Positions 1 through 10,346 of a DNA stretch of 64,000 bases are shown piece after piece. The position numbers and the translations under genes were made by a program. This stretch comes from Paraphysomonas bandaiensis (Eukaryota; Protista; Chrysophyceae), in the NCBI GenBank assembly GCA_965644295.1, contig CBFFRP010000375.1:1-64000 (forward strand). Direction: 5' to 3'. How positions within the stretch are numbered: the stretch's first letter is position 1; every line of letters begins with the position of its first letter. The notes under the pieces were generated by a model. It was not told the DNA's origin and ran no database searches. It saw only the letters and a list, made by a program, of their open reading frames with translations.

Positions 1-102
1 GCATTACGCACGACTATTGGATGTGTATTGCATGGTGGTTCTTATGAAAGTGAGTCGCGTGATTGTATAGATGTAGTGTTAATGCGATAGCATGATATAT
101 AT

Positions 103-182
103 AGTGTCGTTGATGTATACATATTTGCTACTCTTGAGTTACTCAATGACGACTCTCTAACTACCAAGATCACTGAGACACT
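103..182 (+). ncRNA. U24: Box C/D snoRNA U24 (SNORD24/snR24 family), copy 1
   Basis: Terminal stem AGTGTC(103-108)/GACACT(177-182); box C TGATGT (111-116, the U24-type variant); guide ATATTTGCTACT (121-132); D' TTGA (134-137); C' ATGACGA (146-152); guide CTACCAAGATC (161-171); box D CTGA (173-176). Both guides complement the conserved LSU rRNA segment GAUCUUGGUGGUAGUAGCAAAUAU targeted by human U24 and yeast snR24. Confidence 0.93.
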
Positions 183-402
183 TGATGATCATGCTTGATA
201 ATAGCCATCACTACATATAGTAATTTGTTTGTGTTTGACGGTATACTGTTACAGGGCTGTATATGGTGGTGGGCGATGATTGGTTTGAGTATGGCACTGG
301 GCATTACGCACGACTATTGGATGTGTATTGCATGGTGGTTCTTATGAAAGTGAGTCGCGTGATTGTATAGATGTAGTGTTAATGCGATAGCATGATATAT
401 AT

Positions 403-482
403 AGTGTCGTTGATGTATACATATTTGCTACTCTTGAGTTACTCAATGACGACTCTCTAACTACCAAGATCACTGAGACACT
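403..482 (+). ncRNA. U24: U24 snoRNA copy 2
   Basis: Identical to copy 1 (+300 nt). Confidence 0.92.
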
Positions 483-702
483 TGATGATCATGCTTGATA
501 ATAGCCATCACTACATATAGTAATTTGTTTGTGTTTGACGGTATACTGTTACAGGGCTGTATATGGTGGTGGGCGATGATTGGTTTGAGTATGGCACTGG
601 GCATTACGCACGACTATTGGATGTGTATTGCATGGTGGTTCTTATGAAAGTGAGTCGCGTGATTGTATAGATGTAGTGTTAATGCGATAGCATGATATAT
701 AT

Positions 703-782
703 AGTGTCGTTGATGTATACATATTTGCTACTCTTGAGTTACTCAATGACGACTCTCTAACTACCAAGATCACTGAGACACT
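703..782 (+). ncRNA. U24: U24 snoRNA copy 3
   Basis: Identical to copy 1. Confidence 0.92.
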
Positions 783-1002
783 TGATGATCATGCTTGATA
801 ATAGCCATCACTACATATAGTAATTTGTTTGTGTTTGACGGTATACTGTTACAGGGCTGTATATGGTGGTGGGCGATGATTGGTTTGAGTATGGCACTGG
901 GCATTACGCACGACTATTGGATGTGTATTGCATGGTGGTTCTTATGAAAGTGAGTCGCGTGATTGTATAGATGTAGTGTTAATGCGATAGCATGATATAT
1001 AT

Positions 1003-1082
1003 AGTGTCGTTGATGTATACATATTTGCTACTCTTGAGTTACTCAATGACGACTCTCTAACTACCAAGATCACTGAGACACT
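1003..1082 (+). ncRNA. U24: U24 snoRNA copy 4
   Basis: Identical to copy 1. Confidence 0.92.
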
Positions 1083-1302
1083 TGATGATCATGCTTGATA
1101 ATAGCCATCACTACATATAGTAATTTGTTTGTGTTTGACGGTATACTGTTACAGGGCTGTATATGGTGGTGGGCGATGATTGGTTTGAGTATGGCACTGG
1201 GCATTACGCACGACTATTGGATGTGTATTGCATGGTGGTTCTTATGAAAGTGAGTCGCGTGATTGTATAGATGTAGTGTTAATGCGATAGCATGATATAT
1301 AT

Positions 1303-1382
1303 AGTGTCGTTGATGTATACATATTTGCTACTCTTGAGTTACTCAATGACGACTCTCTAACTACCAAGATCACTGAGACACT
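1303..1382 (+). ncRNA. U24: U24 snoRNA copy 5
   Basis: Identical to copy 1. Confidence 0.92.
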
Positions 1383-1602
1383 TGATGATCATGCTTGATA
1401 ATAGCCATCACTACATATAGTAATTTGTTTGTGTTTGACGGTATACTGTTACAGGGCTGTATATGGTGGTGGGCGATGATTGGTTTGAGTATGGCACTGG
1501 GCATTACGCACGACTATTGGATGTGTATTGCATGGTGGTTCTTATGAAAGTGAGTCGCGTGATTGTATAGATGTAGTGTTAATGCGATAGCATGATATAT
1601 AT

Positions 1603-1682
1603 AGTGTCGTTGATGTATACATATTTGCTACTCTTGAGTTACTCAATGACGACTCTCTAACTACCAAGATCACTGAGACACT
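1603..1682 (+). ncRNA. U24: U24 snoRNA copy 6
   Basis: Identical to copy 1. Confidence 0.92.
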
Positions 1683-1902
1683 TGATGATCATGCTTGATA
1701 ATAGCCATCACTACATATAGTAATTTGTTTGTGTTTGACGGTATACTGTTACAGGGCTGTATATGGTGGTGGGCGATGATTGGTTTGAGTATGGCACTGG
1801 GCATTACGCACGACTATTGGATGTGTATTGCATGGTGGTTCTTATGAAAGTGAGTCGCGTGATTGTATAGATGTAGTGTTAATGCGATAGCATGATATAT
1901 AT

Positions 1903-1982
1903 AGTGTCGTTGATGTATACATATTTGCTACTCTTGAGTTACTCAATGACGACTCTCTAACTACCAAGATCACTGAGACACT
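1903..1982 (+). ncRNA. U24: U24 snoRNA copy 7
   Basis: Identical to copy 1. Confidence 0.92.
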
Positions 1983-2202
1983 TGATGATCATGCTTGATA
2001 ATAGCCATCACTACATATAGTAATTTGTTTGTGTTTGACGGTATACTGTTACAGGGCTGTATATGGTGGTGGGCGATGATTGGTTTGAGTATGGCACTGG
2101 GCATTACGCACGACTATTGGATGTGTATTGCATGGTGGTTCTTATGAAAGTGAGTCGCGTGATTGTATAGATGTAGTGTTAATGCGATAGCATGATATAT
2201 AT

Positions 2203-2282
2203 AGTGTCGTTGATGTATACATATTTGCTACTCTTGAGTTACTCAATGACGACTCTCTAACTACCAAGATCACTGAGACACT
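2203..2282 (+). ncRNA. U24: U24 snoRNA copy 8
   Basis: Identical to copy 1. Confidence 0.92.
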
Positions 2283-2502
2283 TGATGATCATGCTTGATA
2301 ATAGCCATCACTACATATAGTAATTTGTTTGTGTTTGACGGTATACTGTTACAGGGCTGTATATGGTGGTGGGCGATGATTGGTTTGAGTATGGCACTGG
2401 GCATTACGCACGACTATTGGATGTGTATTGCATGGTGGTTCTTATGAAAGTGAGTCGCGTGATTGTATAGATGTAGTGTTAATGCGATAGCATGATATAT
2501 AT

Positions 2503-2582
2503 AGTGTCGTTGATGTATACATATTTGCTACTCTTGAGTTACTCAATGACGACTCTCTAACTACCAAGATCACTGAGACACT
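2503..2582 (+). ncRNA. U24: U24 snoRNA copy 9
   Basis: Identical to copy 1. Confidence 0.92.
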
Positions 2583-2802
2583 TGATGATCATGCTTGATA
2601 ATAGCCATCACTACATATAGTAATTTGTTTGTGTTTGACGGTATACTGTTACAGGGCTGTATATGGTGGTGGGCGATGATTGGTTTGAGTATGGCACTGG
2701 GCATTACGCACGACTATTGGATGTGTATTGCATGGTGGTTCTTATGAAAGTGAGTCGCGTGATTGTATAGATGTAGTGTTAATGCGATAGCATGATATAT
2801 AT

Positions 2803-2882
2803 AGTGTCGTTGATGTATACATATTTGCTACTCTTGAGTTACTCAATGACGACTCTCTAACTACCAAGATCACTGAGACACT
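2803..2882 (+). ncRNA. U24: U24 snoRNA copy 10
   Basis: Identical to copy 1. Confidence 0.92.
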
Positions 2883-3102
2883 TGATGATCATGCTTGATA
2901 ATAGCCATCACTACATATAGTAATTTGTTTGTGTTTGACGGTATACTGTTACAGGGCTGTATATGGTGGTGGGCGATGATTGGTTTGAGTATGGCACTGG
3001 GCATTACGCACGACTATTGGATGTGTATTGCATGGTGGTTCTTATGAAAGTGAGTCGCGTGATTGTATAGATGTAGTGTTAATGCGATAGCATGATATAT
3101 AT

Positions 3103-3182
3103 AGTGTCGTTGATGTATACATATTTGCTACTCTTGAGTTACTCAATGACGACTCTCTAACTACCAAGATCACTGAGACACT
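3103..3182 (+). ncRNA. U24: U24 snoRNA copy 11
   Basis: Identical to copy 1. Confidence 0.92.
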
Positions 3183-3402
3183 TGATGATCATGCTTGATA
3201 ATAGCCATCACTACATATAGTAATTTGTTTGTGTTTGACGGTATACTGTTACAGGGCTGTATATGGTGGTGGGCGATGATTGGTTTGAGTATGGCACTGG
3301 GCATTACGCACGACTATTGGATGTGTATTGCATGGTGGTTCTTATGAAAGTGAGTCGCGTGATTGTATAGATGTAGTGTTAATGCGATAGCATGATATAT
3401 AT

Positions 3403-3482
3403 AGTGTCGTTGATGTATACATATTTGCTACTCTTGAGTTACTCAATGACGACTCTCTAACTACCAAGATCACTGAGACACT
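3403..3482 (+). ncRNA. U24: U24 snoRNA copy 12
   Basis: Identical to copy 1. Confidence 0.92.
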
Positions 3483-3702
3483 TGATGATCATGCTTGATA
3501 ATAGCCATCACTACATATAGTAATTTGTTTGTGTTTGACGGTATACTGTTACAGGGCTGTATATGGTGGTGGGCGATGATTGGTTTGAGTATGGCACTGG
3601 GCATTACGCACGACTATTGGATGTGTATTGCATGGTGGTTCTTATGAAAGTGAGTCGCGTGATTGTATAGATGTAGTGTTAATGCGATAGCATGATATAT
3701 AT

Positions 3703-3782
3703 AGTGTCGTTGATGTATACATATTTGCTACTCTTGAGTTACTCAATGACGACTCTCTAACTACCAAGATCACTGAGACACT
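3703..3782 (+). ncRNA. U24: U24 snoRNA copy 13
   Basis: Identical to copy 1. Confidence 0.92.
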
Positions 3783-4002
3783 TGATGATCATGCTTGATA
3801 ATAGCCATCACTACATATAGTAATTTGTTTGTGTTTGACGGTATACTGTTACAGGGCTGTATATGGTGGTGGGCGATGATTGGTTTGAGTATGGCACTGG
3901 GCATTACGCACGACTATTGGATGTGTATTGCATGGTGGTTCTTATGAAAGTGAGTCGCGTGATTGTATAGATGTAGTGTTAATGCGATAGCATGATATAT
4001 AT

Positions 4003-4082
4003 AGTGTCGTTGATGTATACATATTTGCTACTCTTGAGTTACTCAATGACGACTCTCTAACTACCAAGATCACTGAGACACT
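4003..4082 (+). ncRNA. U24: U24 snoRNA copy 14
   Basis: Identical to copy 1. Confidence 0.92.
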
Positions 4083-4302
4083 TGATGATCATGCTTGATA
4101 ATAGCCATCACTACATATAGTAATTTGTTTGTGTTTGACGGTATACTGTTACAGGGCTGTATATGGTGGTGGGCGATGATTGGTTTGAGTATGGCACTGG
4201 GCATTACGCACGACTATTGGATGTGTATTGCATGGTGGTTCTTATGAAAGTGAGTCGCGTGATTGTATAGATGTAGTGTTAATGCGATAGCATGATATAT
4301 AT

Positions 4303-4382
4303 AGTGTCGTTGATGTATACATATTTGCTACTCTTGAGTTACTCAATGACGACTCTCTAACTACCAAGATCACTGAGACACT
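4303..4382 (+). ncRNA. U24: U24 snoRNA copy 15
   Basis: Identical to copy 1. Confidence 0.92.
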
Positions 4383-4602
4383 TGATGATCATGCTTGATA
4401 ATAGCCATCACTACATATAGTAATTTGTTTGTGTTTGACGGTATACTGTTACAGGGCTGTATATGGTGGTGGGCGATGATTGGTTTGAGTATGGCACTGG
4501 GCATTACGCACGACTATTGGATGTGTATTGCATGGTGGTTCTTATGAAAGTGAGTCGCGTGATTGTATAGATGTAGTGTTAATGCGATAGCATGATATAT
4601 AT

Positions 4603-4682
4603 AGTGTCGTTGATGTATACATATTTGCTACTCTTGAGTTACTCAATGACGACTCTCTAACTACCAAGATCACTGAGACACT
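4603..4682 (+). ncRNA. U24: U24 snoRNA copy 16
   Basis: Identical to copy 1. Confidence 0.92.
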
Positions 4683-4902
4683 TGATGATCATGCTTGATA
4701 ATAGCCATCACTACATATAGTAATTTGTTTGTGTTTGACGGTATACTGTTACAGGGCTGTATATGGTGGTGGGCGATGATTGGTTTGAGTATGGCACTGG
4801 GCATTACGCACGACTATTGGATGTGTATTGCATGGTGGTTCTTATGAAAGTGAGTCGCGTGATTGTATAGATGTAGTGTTAATGCGATAGCATGATATAT
4901 AT

Positions 4903-4982
4903 AGTGTCGTTGATGTATACATATTTGCTACTCTTGAGTTACTCAATGACGACTCTCTAACTACCAAGATCACTGAGACACT
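4903..4982 (+). ncRNA. U24: U24 snoRNA copy 17
   Basis: Identical to copy 1. Confidence 0.92.
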
Positions 4983-5202
4983 TGATGATCATGCTTGATA
5001 ATAGCCATCACTACATATAGTAATTTGTTTGTGTTTGACGGTATACTGTTACAGGGCTGTATATGGTGGTGGGCGATGATTGGTTTGAGTATGGCACTGG
5101 GCATTACGCACGACTATTGGATGTGTATTGCATGGTGGTTCTTATGAAAGTGAGTCGCGTGATTGTATAGATGTAGTGTTAATGCGATAGCATGATATAT
5201 AT

Positions 5203-5282
5203 AGTGTCGTTGATGTATACATATTTGCTACTCTTGAGTTACTCAATGACGACTCTCTAACTACCAAGATCACTGAGACACT
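5203..5282 (+). ncRNA. U24: U24 snoRNA copy 18
   Basis: Identical to copy 1. Confidence 0.92.
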
Positions 5283-5502
5283 TGATGATCATGCTTGATA
5301 ATAGCCATCACTACATATAGTAATTTGTTTGTGTTTGACGGTATACTGTTACAGGGCTGTATATGGTGGTGGGCGATGATTGGTTTGAGTATGGCACTGG
5401 GCATTACGCACGACTATTGGATGTGTATTGCATGGTGGTTCTTATGAAAGTGAGTCGCGTGATTGTATAGATGTAGTGTTAATGCGATAGCATGATATAT
5501 AT

Positions 5503-5582
5503 AGTGTCGTTGATGTATACATATTTGCTACTCTTGAGTTACTCAATGACGACTCTCTAACTACCAAGATCACTGAGACACT
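5503..5582 (+). ncRNA. U24: U24 snoRNA copy 19
   Basis: Identical to copy 1. Confidence 0.92.
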
Positions 5583-5802
5583 TGATGATCATGCTTGATA
5601 ATAGCCATCACTACATATAGTAATTTGTTTGTGTTTGACGGTATACTGTTACAGGGCTGTATATGGTGGTGGGCGATGATTGGTTTGAGTATGGCACTGG
5701 GCATTACGCACGACTATTGGATGTGTATTGCATGGTGGTTCTTATGAAAGTGAGTCGCGTGATTGTATAGATGTAGTGTTAATGCGATAGCATGATATAT
5801 AT

Positions 5803-5882
5803 AGTGTCGTTGATGTATACATATTTGCTACTCTTGAGTTACTCAATGACGACTCTCTAACTACCAAGATCACTGAGACACT
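5803..5882 (+). ncRNA. U24: U24 snoRNA copy 20
   Basis: Identical to copy 1. Confidence 0.92.
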
Positions 5883-6102
5883 TGATGATCATGCTTGATA
5901 ATAGCCATCACTACATATAGTAATTTGTTTGTGTTTGACGGTATACTGTTACAGGGCTGTATATGGTGGTGGGCGATGATTGGTTTGAGTATGGCACTGG
6001 GCATTACGCACGACTATTGGATGTGTATTGCATGGTGGTTCTTATGAAAGTGAGTCGCGTGATTGTATAGATGTAGTGTTAATGCGATAGCATGATATAT
6101 AT

Positions 6103-6182
6103 AGTGTCGTTGATGTATACATATTTGCTACTCTTGAGTTACTCAATGACGACTCTCTAACTACCAAGATCACTGAGACACT
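6103..6182 (+). ncRNA. U24: U24 snoRNA copy 21
   Basis: Identical to copy 1. Confidence 0.92.
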
Positions 6183-6402
6183 TGATGATCATGCTTGATA
6201 ATAGCCATCACTACATATAGTAATTTGTTTGTGTTTGACGGTATACTGTTACAGGGCTGTATATGGTGGTGGGCGATGATTGGTTTGAGTATGGCACTGG
6301 GCATTACGCACGACTATTGGATGTGTATTGCATGGTGGTTCTTATGAAAGTGAGTCGCGTGATTGTATAGATGTAGTGTTAATGCGATAGCATGATATAT
6401 AT

Positions 6403-6482
6403 AGTGTCGTTGATGTATACATATTTGCTACTCTTGAGTTACTCAATGACGACTCTCTAACTACCAAGATCACTGAGACACT
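6403..6482 (+). ncRNA. U24: U24 snoRNA copy 22
   Basis: Identical to copy 1. Confidence 0.92.
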
Positions 6483-6702
6483 TGATGATCATGCTTGATA
6501 ATAGCCATCACTACATATAGTAATTTGTTTGTGTTTGACGGTATACTGTTACAGGGCTGTATATGGTGGTGGGCGATGATTGGTTTGAGTATGGCACTGG
6601 GCATTACGCACGACTATTGGATGTGTATTGCATGGTGGTTCTTATGAAAGTGAGTCGCGTGATTGTATAGATGTAGTGTTAATGCGATAGCATGATATAT
6701 AT

Positions 6703-6782
6703 AGTGTCGTTGATGTATACATATTTGCTACTCTTGAGTTACTCAATGACGACTCTCTAACTACCAAGATCACTGAGACACT
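6703..6782 (+). ncRNA. U24: U24 snoRNA copy 23
   Basis: Identical to copy 1. Confidence 0.92.
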
Positions 6783-7002
6783 TGATGATCATGCTTGATA
6801 ATAGCCATCACTACATATAGTAATTTGTTTGTGTTTGACGGTATACTGTTACAGGGCTGTATATGGTGGTGGGCGATGATTGGTTTGAGTATGGCACTGG
6901 GCATTACGCACGACTATTGGATGTGTATTGCATGGTGGTTCTTATGAAAGTGAGTCGCGTGATTGTATAGATGTAGTGTTAATGCGATAGCATGATATAT
7001 AT

Positions 7003-7082
7003 AGTGTCGTTGATGTATACATATTTGCTACTCTTGAGTTACTCAATGACGACTCTCTAACTACCAAGATCACTGAGACACT
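7003..7082 (+). ncRNA. U24: U24 snoRNA copy 24
   Basis: Identical to copy 1. Confidence 0.92.
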
Positions 7083-7302
7083 TGATGATCATGCTTGATA
7101 ATAGCCATCACTACATATAGTAATTTGTTTGTGTTTGACGGTATACTGTTACAGGGCTGTATATGGTGGTGGGCGATGATTGGTTTGAGTATGGCACTGG
7201 GCATTACGCACGACTATTGGATGTGTATTGCATGGTGGTTCTTATGAAAGTGAGTCGCGTGATTGTATAGATGTAGTGTTAATGCGATAGCATGATATAT
7301 AT

Positions 7303-7382
7303 AGTGTCGTTGATGTATACATATTTGCTACTCTTGAGTTACTCAATGACGACTCTCTAACTACCAAGATCACTGAGACACT
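7303..7382 (+). ncRNA. U24: U24 snoRNA copy 25
   Basis: Identical to copy 1. Confidence 0.92.
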
Positions 7383-7602
7383 TGATGATCATGCTTGATA
7401 ATAGCCATCACTACATATAGTAATTTGTTTGTGTTTGACGGTATACTGTTACAGGGCTGTATATGGTGGTGGGCGATGATTGGTTTGAGTATGGCACTGG
7501 GCATTACGCACGACTATTGGATGTGTATTGCATGGTGGTTCTTATGAAAGTGAGTCGCGTGATTGTATAGATGTAGTGTTAATGCGATAGCATGATATAT
7601 AT

Positions 7603-7682
7603 AGTGTCGTTGATGTATACATATTTGCTACTCTTGAGTTACTCAATGACGACTCTCTAACTACCAAGATCACTGAGACACT
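7603..7682 (+). ncRNA. U24: U24 snoRNA copy 26
   Basis: Identical to copy 1. Confidence 0.92.
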
Positions 7683-7902
7683 TGATGATCATGCTTGATA
7701 ATAGCCATCACTACATATAGTAATTTGTTTGTGTTTGACGGTATACTGTTACAGGGCTGTATATGGTGGTGGGCGATGATTGGTTTGAGTATGGCACTGG
7801 GCATTACGCACGACTATTGGATGTGTATTGCATGGTGGTTCTTATGAAAGTGAGTCGCGTGATTGTATAGATGTAGTGTTAATGCGATAGCATGATATAT
7901 AT

Positions 7903-7982
7903 AGTGTCGTTGATGTATACATATTTGCTACTCTTGAGTTACTCAATGACGACTCTCTAACTACCAAGATCACTGAGACACT
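7903..7982 (+). ncRNA. U24: U24 snoRNA copy 27
   Basis: Identical to copy 1. Confidence 0.92.
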
Positions 7983-8202
7983 TGATGATCATGCTTGATA
8001 ATAGCCATCACTACATATAGTAATTTGTTTGTGTTTGACGGTATACTGTTACAGGGCTGTATATGGTGGTGGGCGATGATTGGTTTGAGTATGGCACTGG
8101 GCATTACGCACGACTATTGGATGTGTATTGCATGGTGGTTCTTATGAAAGTGAGTCGCGTGATTGTATAGATGTAGTGTTAATGCGATAGCATGATATAT
8201 AT

Positions 8203-8282
8203 AGTGTCGTTGATGTATACATATTTGCTACTCTTGAGTTACTCAATGACGACTCTCTAACTACCAAGATCACTGAGACACT
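8203..8282 (+). ncRNA. U24: U24 snoRNA copy 28
   Basis: Identical to copy 1. Confidence 0.92.
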
Positions 8283-8502
8283 TGATGATCATGCTTGATA
8301 ATAGCCATCACTACATATAGTAATTTGTTTGTGTTTGACGGTATACTGTTACAGGGCTGTATATGGTGGTGGGCGATGATTGGTTTGAGTATGGCACTGG
8401 GCATTACGCACGACTATTGGATGTGTATTGCATGGTGGTTCTTATGAAAGTGAGTCGCGTGATTGTATAGATGTAGTGTTAATGCGATAGCATGATATAT
8501 AT

Positions 8503-8582
8503 AGTGTCGTTGATGTATACATATTTGCTACTCTTGAGTTACTCAATGACGACTCTCTAACTACCAAGATCACTGAGACACT
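8503..8582 (+). ncRNA. U24: U24 snoRNA copy 29 (last)
   Basis: Identical to copy 1; the downstream flank starts to diverge at 8654. Confidence 0.92.
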
Positions 8583-8988
8583 TGATGATCATGCTTGATA
8601 ATAGCCATCACTACATATAGTAATTTGTTTGTGTTTGACGGTATACTGTTACACGGCTGTATATGGTGATGGGCGATGATTGGTTTGAGAATGGCACTGG
8701 GCATTACGCACGACTATTGGATGTGTATTGCATGGTGATTCTTATGATAGGTAGACGTATTTGTCTTCTTTTGAAAGAAGAATTTTTTTTGTACTTTAAC
8801 TTTGAACGGTGGTGTGTTTCTCTTTAATTGTGTGATTTTAAGGAAGATTTTTACAATATTTGGTTTTAGAATTAAATCGAATAAATAAAAATAAGTTAGT
8901 TGTTGTCGCTAAGTACAAACGTATTATTGTGTTCAATATGCAGTCATCCAGCGTGCAAGCGAATGCCTATAGCGATGTCTTTCAAAAC

Positions 8989-9705
8989 CTAGTTCCAAGC
9001 AAATTCGTACTTTCCAGCCAGTAACAAGTCTTGTCTGAAATCTTCCAGTAGGGTTTTTATCCCAGGACGTGTGAATTCACGGTCTATGGATAGTGCACTA
9101 TCTGAACACCTCAACAACCCTCGCCATATGCATCCTAGGGAGTCCAAAAGCTTCTGAATTTCCTTTCTTTTAGACATTCCATTTTCTGGCTTTGAATTAC
9201 TCTGACATAAATTCCAGTACCATTCTGGATATTCCCATAACGTGTAAGTTAATCCAAGCATATGATCAAATCGCTGATCAATCCCCTTCATACTTCTTAT
9301 GGTTGAGAGCAGACACGGTGCCTGTGACAATACAAACTCAGATGAAGTCACATAAGTTGATATTTCGCTATTAATTTCATTTGATTCTTCTTCATCAACT
9401 ATAATAAACTTGTTTCTGATGTTATCCACACACTGACTGCGTCTCTCTGTCATAATAATATAACGTATCCTCGAGATCTCATCAACAGTCAACACATGAT
9501 CCTTATCAGACTCAATGAACTCCTCATTGTTATCATTATATCCTTTAATAATCATGTATCCTTCTGCTCTGTCTCTTGTGATGACATGCTTTAACTTACT
9601 GTGCAGTGAATCGATAGTACGGATCTTATCAGACACTGTCTTTTGTTCTCTTTTACGTCCTTTAATGACTTTCTTTGTTGGTTTTCCATTTCGAGCTCTT
9701 GCCAT
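8989..9705 (-). CDS. Hypothetical protein, 238 aa, basic (NLS-like) N-terminus, single exon
   Basis: Long clean ORF with ATG and stop and protein-like composition; no family recognised. Confidence 0.7.
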   Translation of the reverse strand: MARARNGKPTKKVIKGRKREQKTVSDKIRTIDSLHSKLKHVITRDRAEGYMIIKGYNDNNEEFIESDKDHVLTVDEISRIRYIIMTERRSQCVDNIRNKFIIVDEEESNEINSEISTYVTSSEFVLSQAPCLLSTIRSMKGIDQRFDHMLGLTYTLWEYPEWYWNLCQSNSKPENGMSKRKEIQKLLDSLGCIWRGLLRCSDSALSIDREFTRPGIKTLLEDFRQDLLLAGKYEFAWN

Positions 9706-10346
9706 TTTCTTTACAGTTAGATTGATATGATGGATGGCTTATATATATATATATATGTGTGTGATATCCATATGGTTTGAGTATGACTATTAACATACAC
9801 AGATTTCTATATATAAGATGATTGTGCTGTTTACATCTTCACTTCATCAATTCAATACACATATCAGCGAATCATATGGCTGTATTATACTTTTGTGAAA
9901 AATGATTGGTATGTAAATTATAATAGAAAGCACGAGTACCACAATTGGAAGTCTGAAGTTCAAACTCACTTCGAACTTTCATCAATTCACTTATCTTTAA
10001 GTGATACTGTGGGCTCATTCCATGTATGAAGTATCATATATAAGTATATGAAGTATAAAACTCTTTTACTTTAACTTCTACTTTACTTTAACTTCAACTT
10101 TCTTTTACTAGATCACTATGAAATTATACGTTCAGTTGTTTGTAAGAAGTGTACTTCACTCTTATGTAAAACACGCGAATCATATACATTCGTACGTACC
10201 ATATCTATCCCCTCATATATATATATGAAGATGCTTATATATGGAGATATACGTATAAGTTATCTTATATATACCTTAACATATATGTATATATATCACA
10301 ATGAGCCATACAGTTCCTCTATACATACCAACCTCATTAAGTACAC

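Larger units (their letters stand above)
1..8750. repeat. 300-bp tandem array, 29 full units plus a ~50-bp partial unit; truncated by the window start; each unit carries a U24 snoRNA
   Basis: Printed lines recur every 300 nt and appear identical up to 8653. Only 5 substitutions are seen (8654, 8669, 8690, 8738, 8748), all in the last ~100 bp. Confidence 0.99.

Noticed and set aside
183-256. Second snoRNA in each unit (TGATGA at 183-188, or H/ACA using ATAGTA...ACA)
   Set aside because: No downstream CTGA box with a terminal stem, hairpins too short for H/ACA, and no recognisable guide.
1-8750. CRISPR array, 5S rRNA, spliced-leader or protein-coding repeat interpretation
   Set aside because: No variable spacers, no 5S or SL motifs recognised, no ORF >=60 aa in any frame; the U24 match explains the structured part of the unit.
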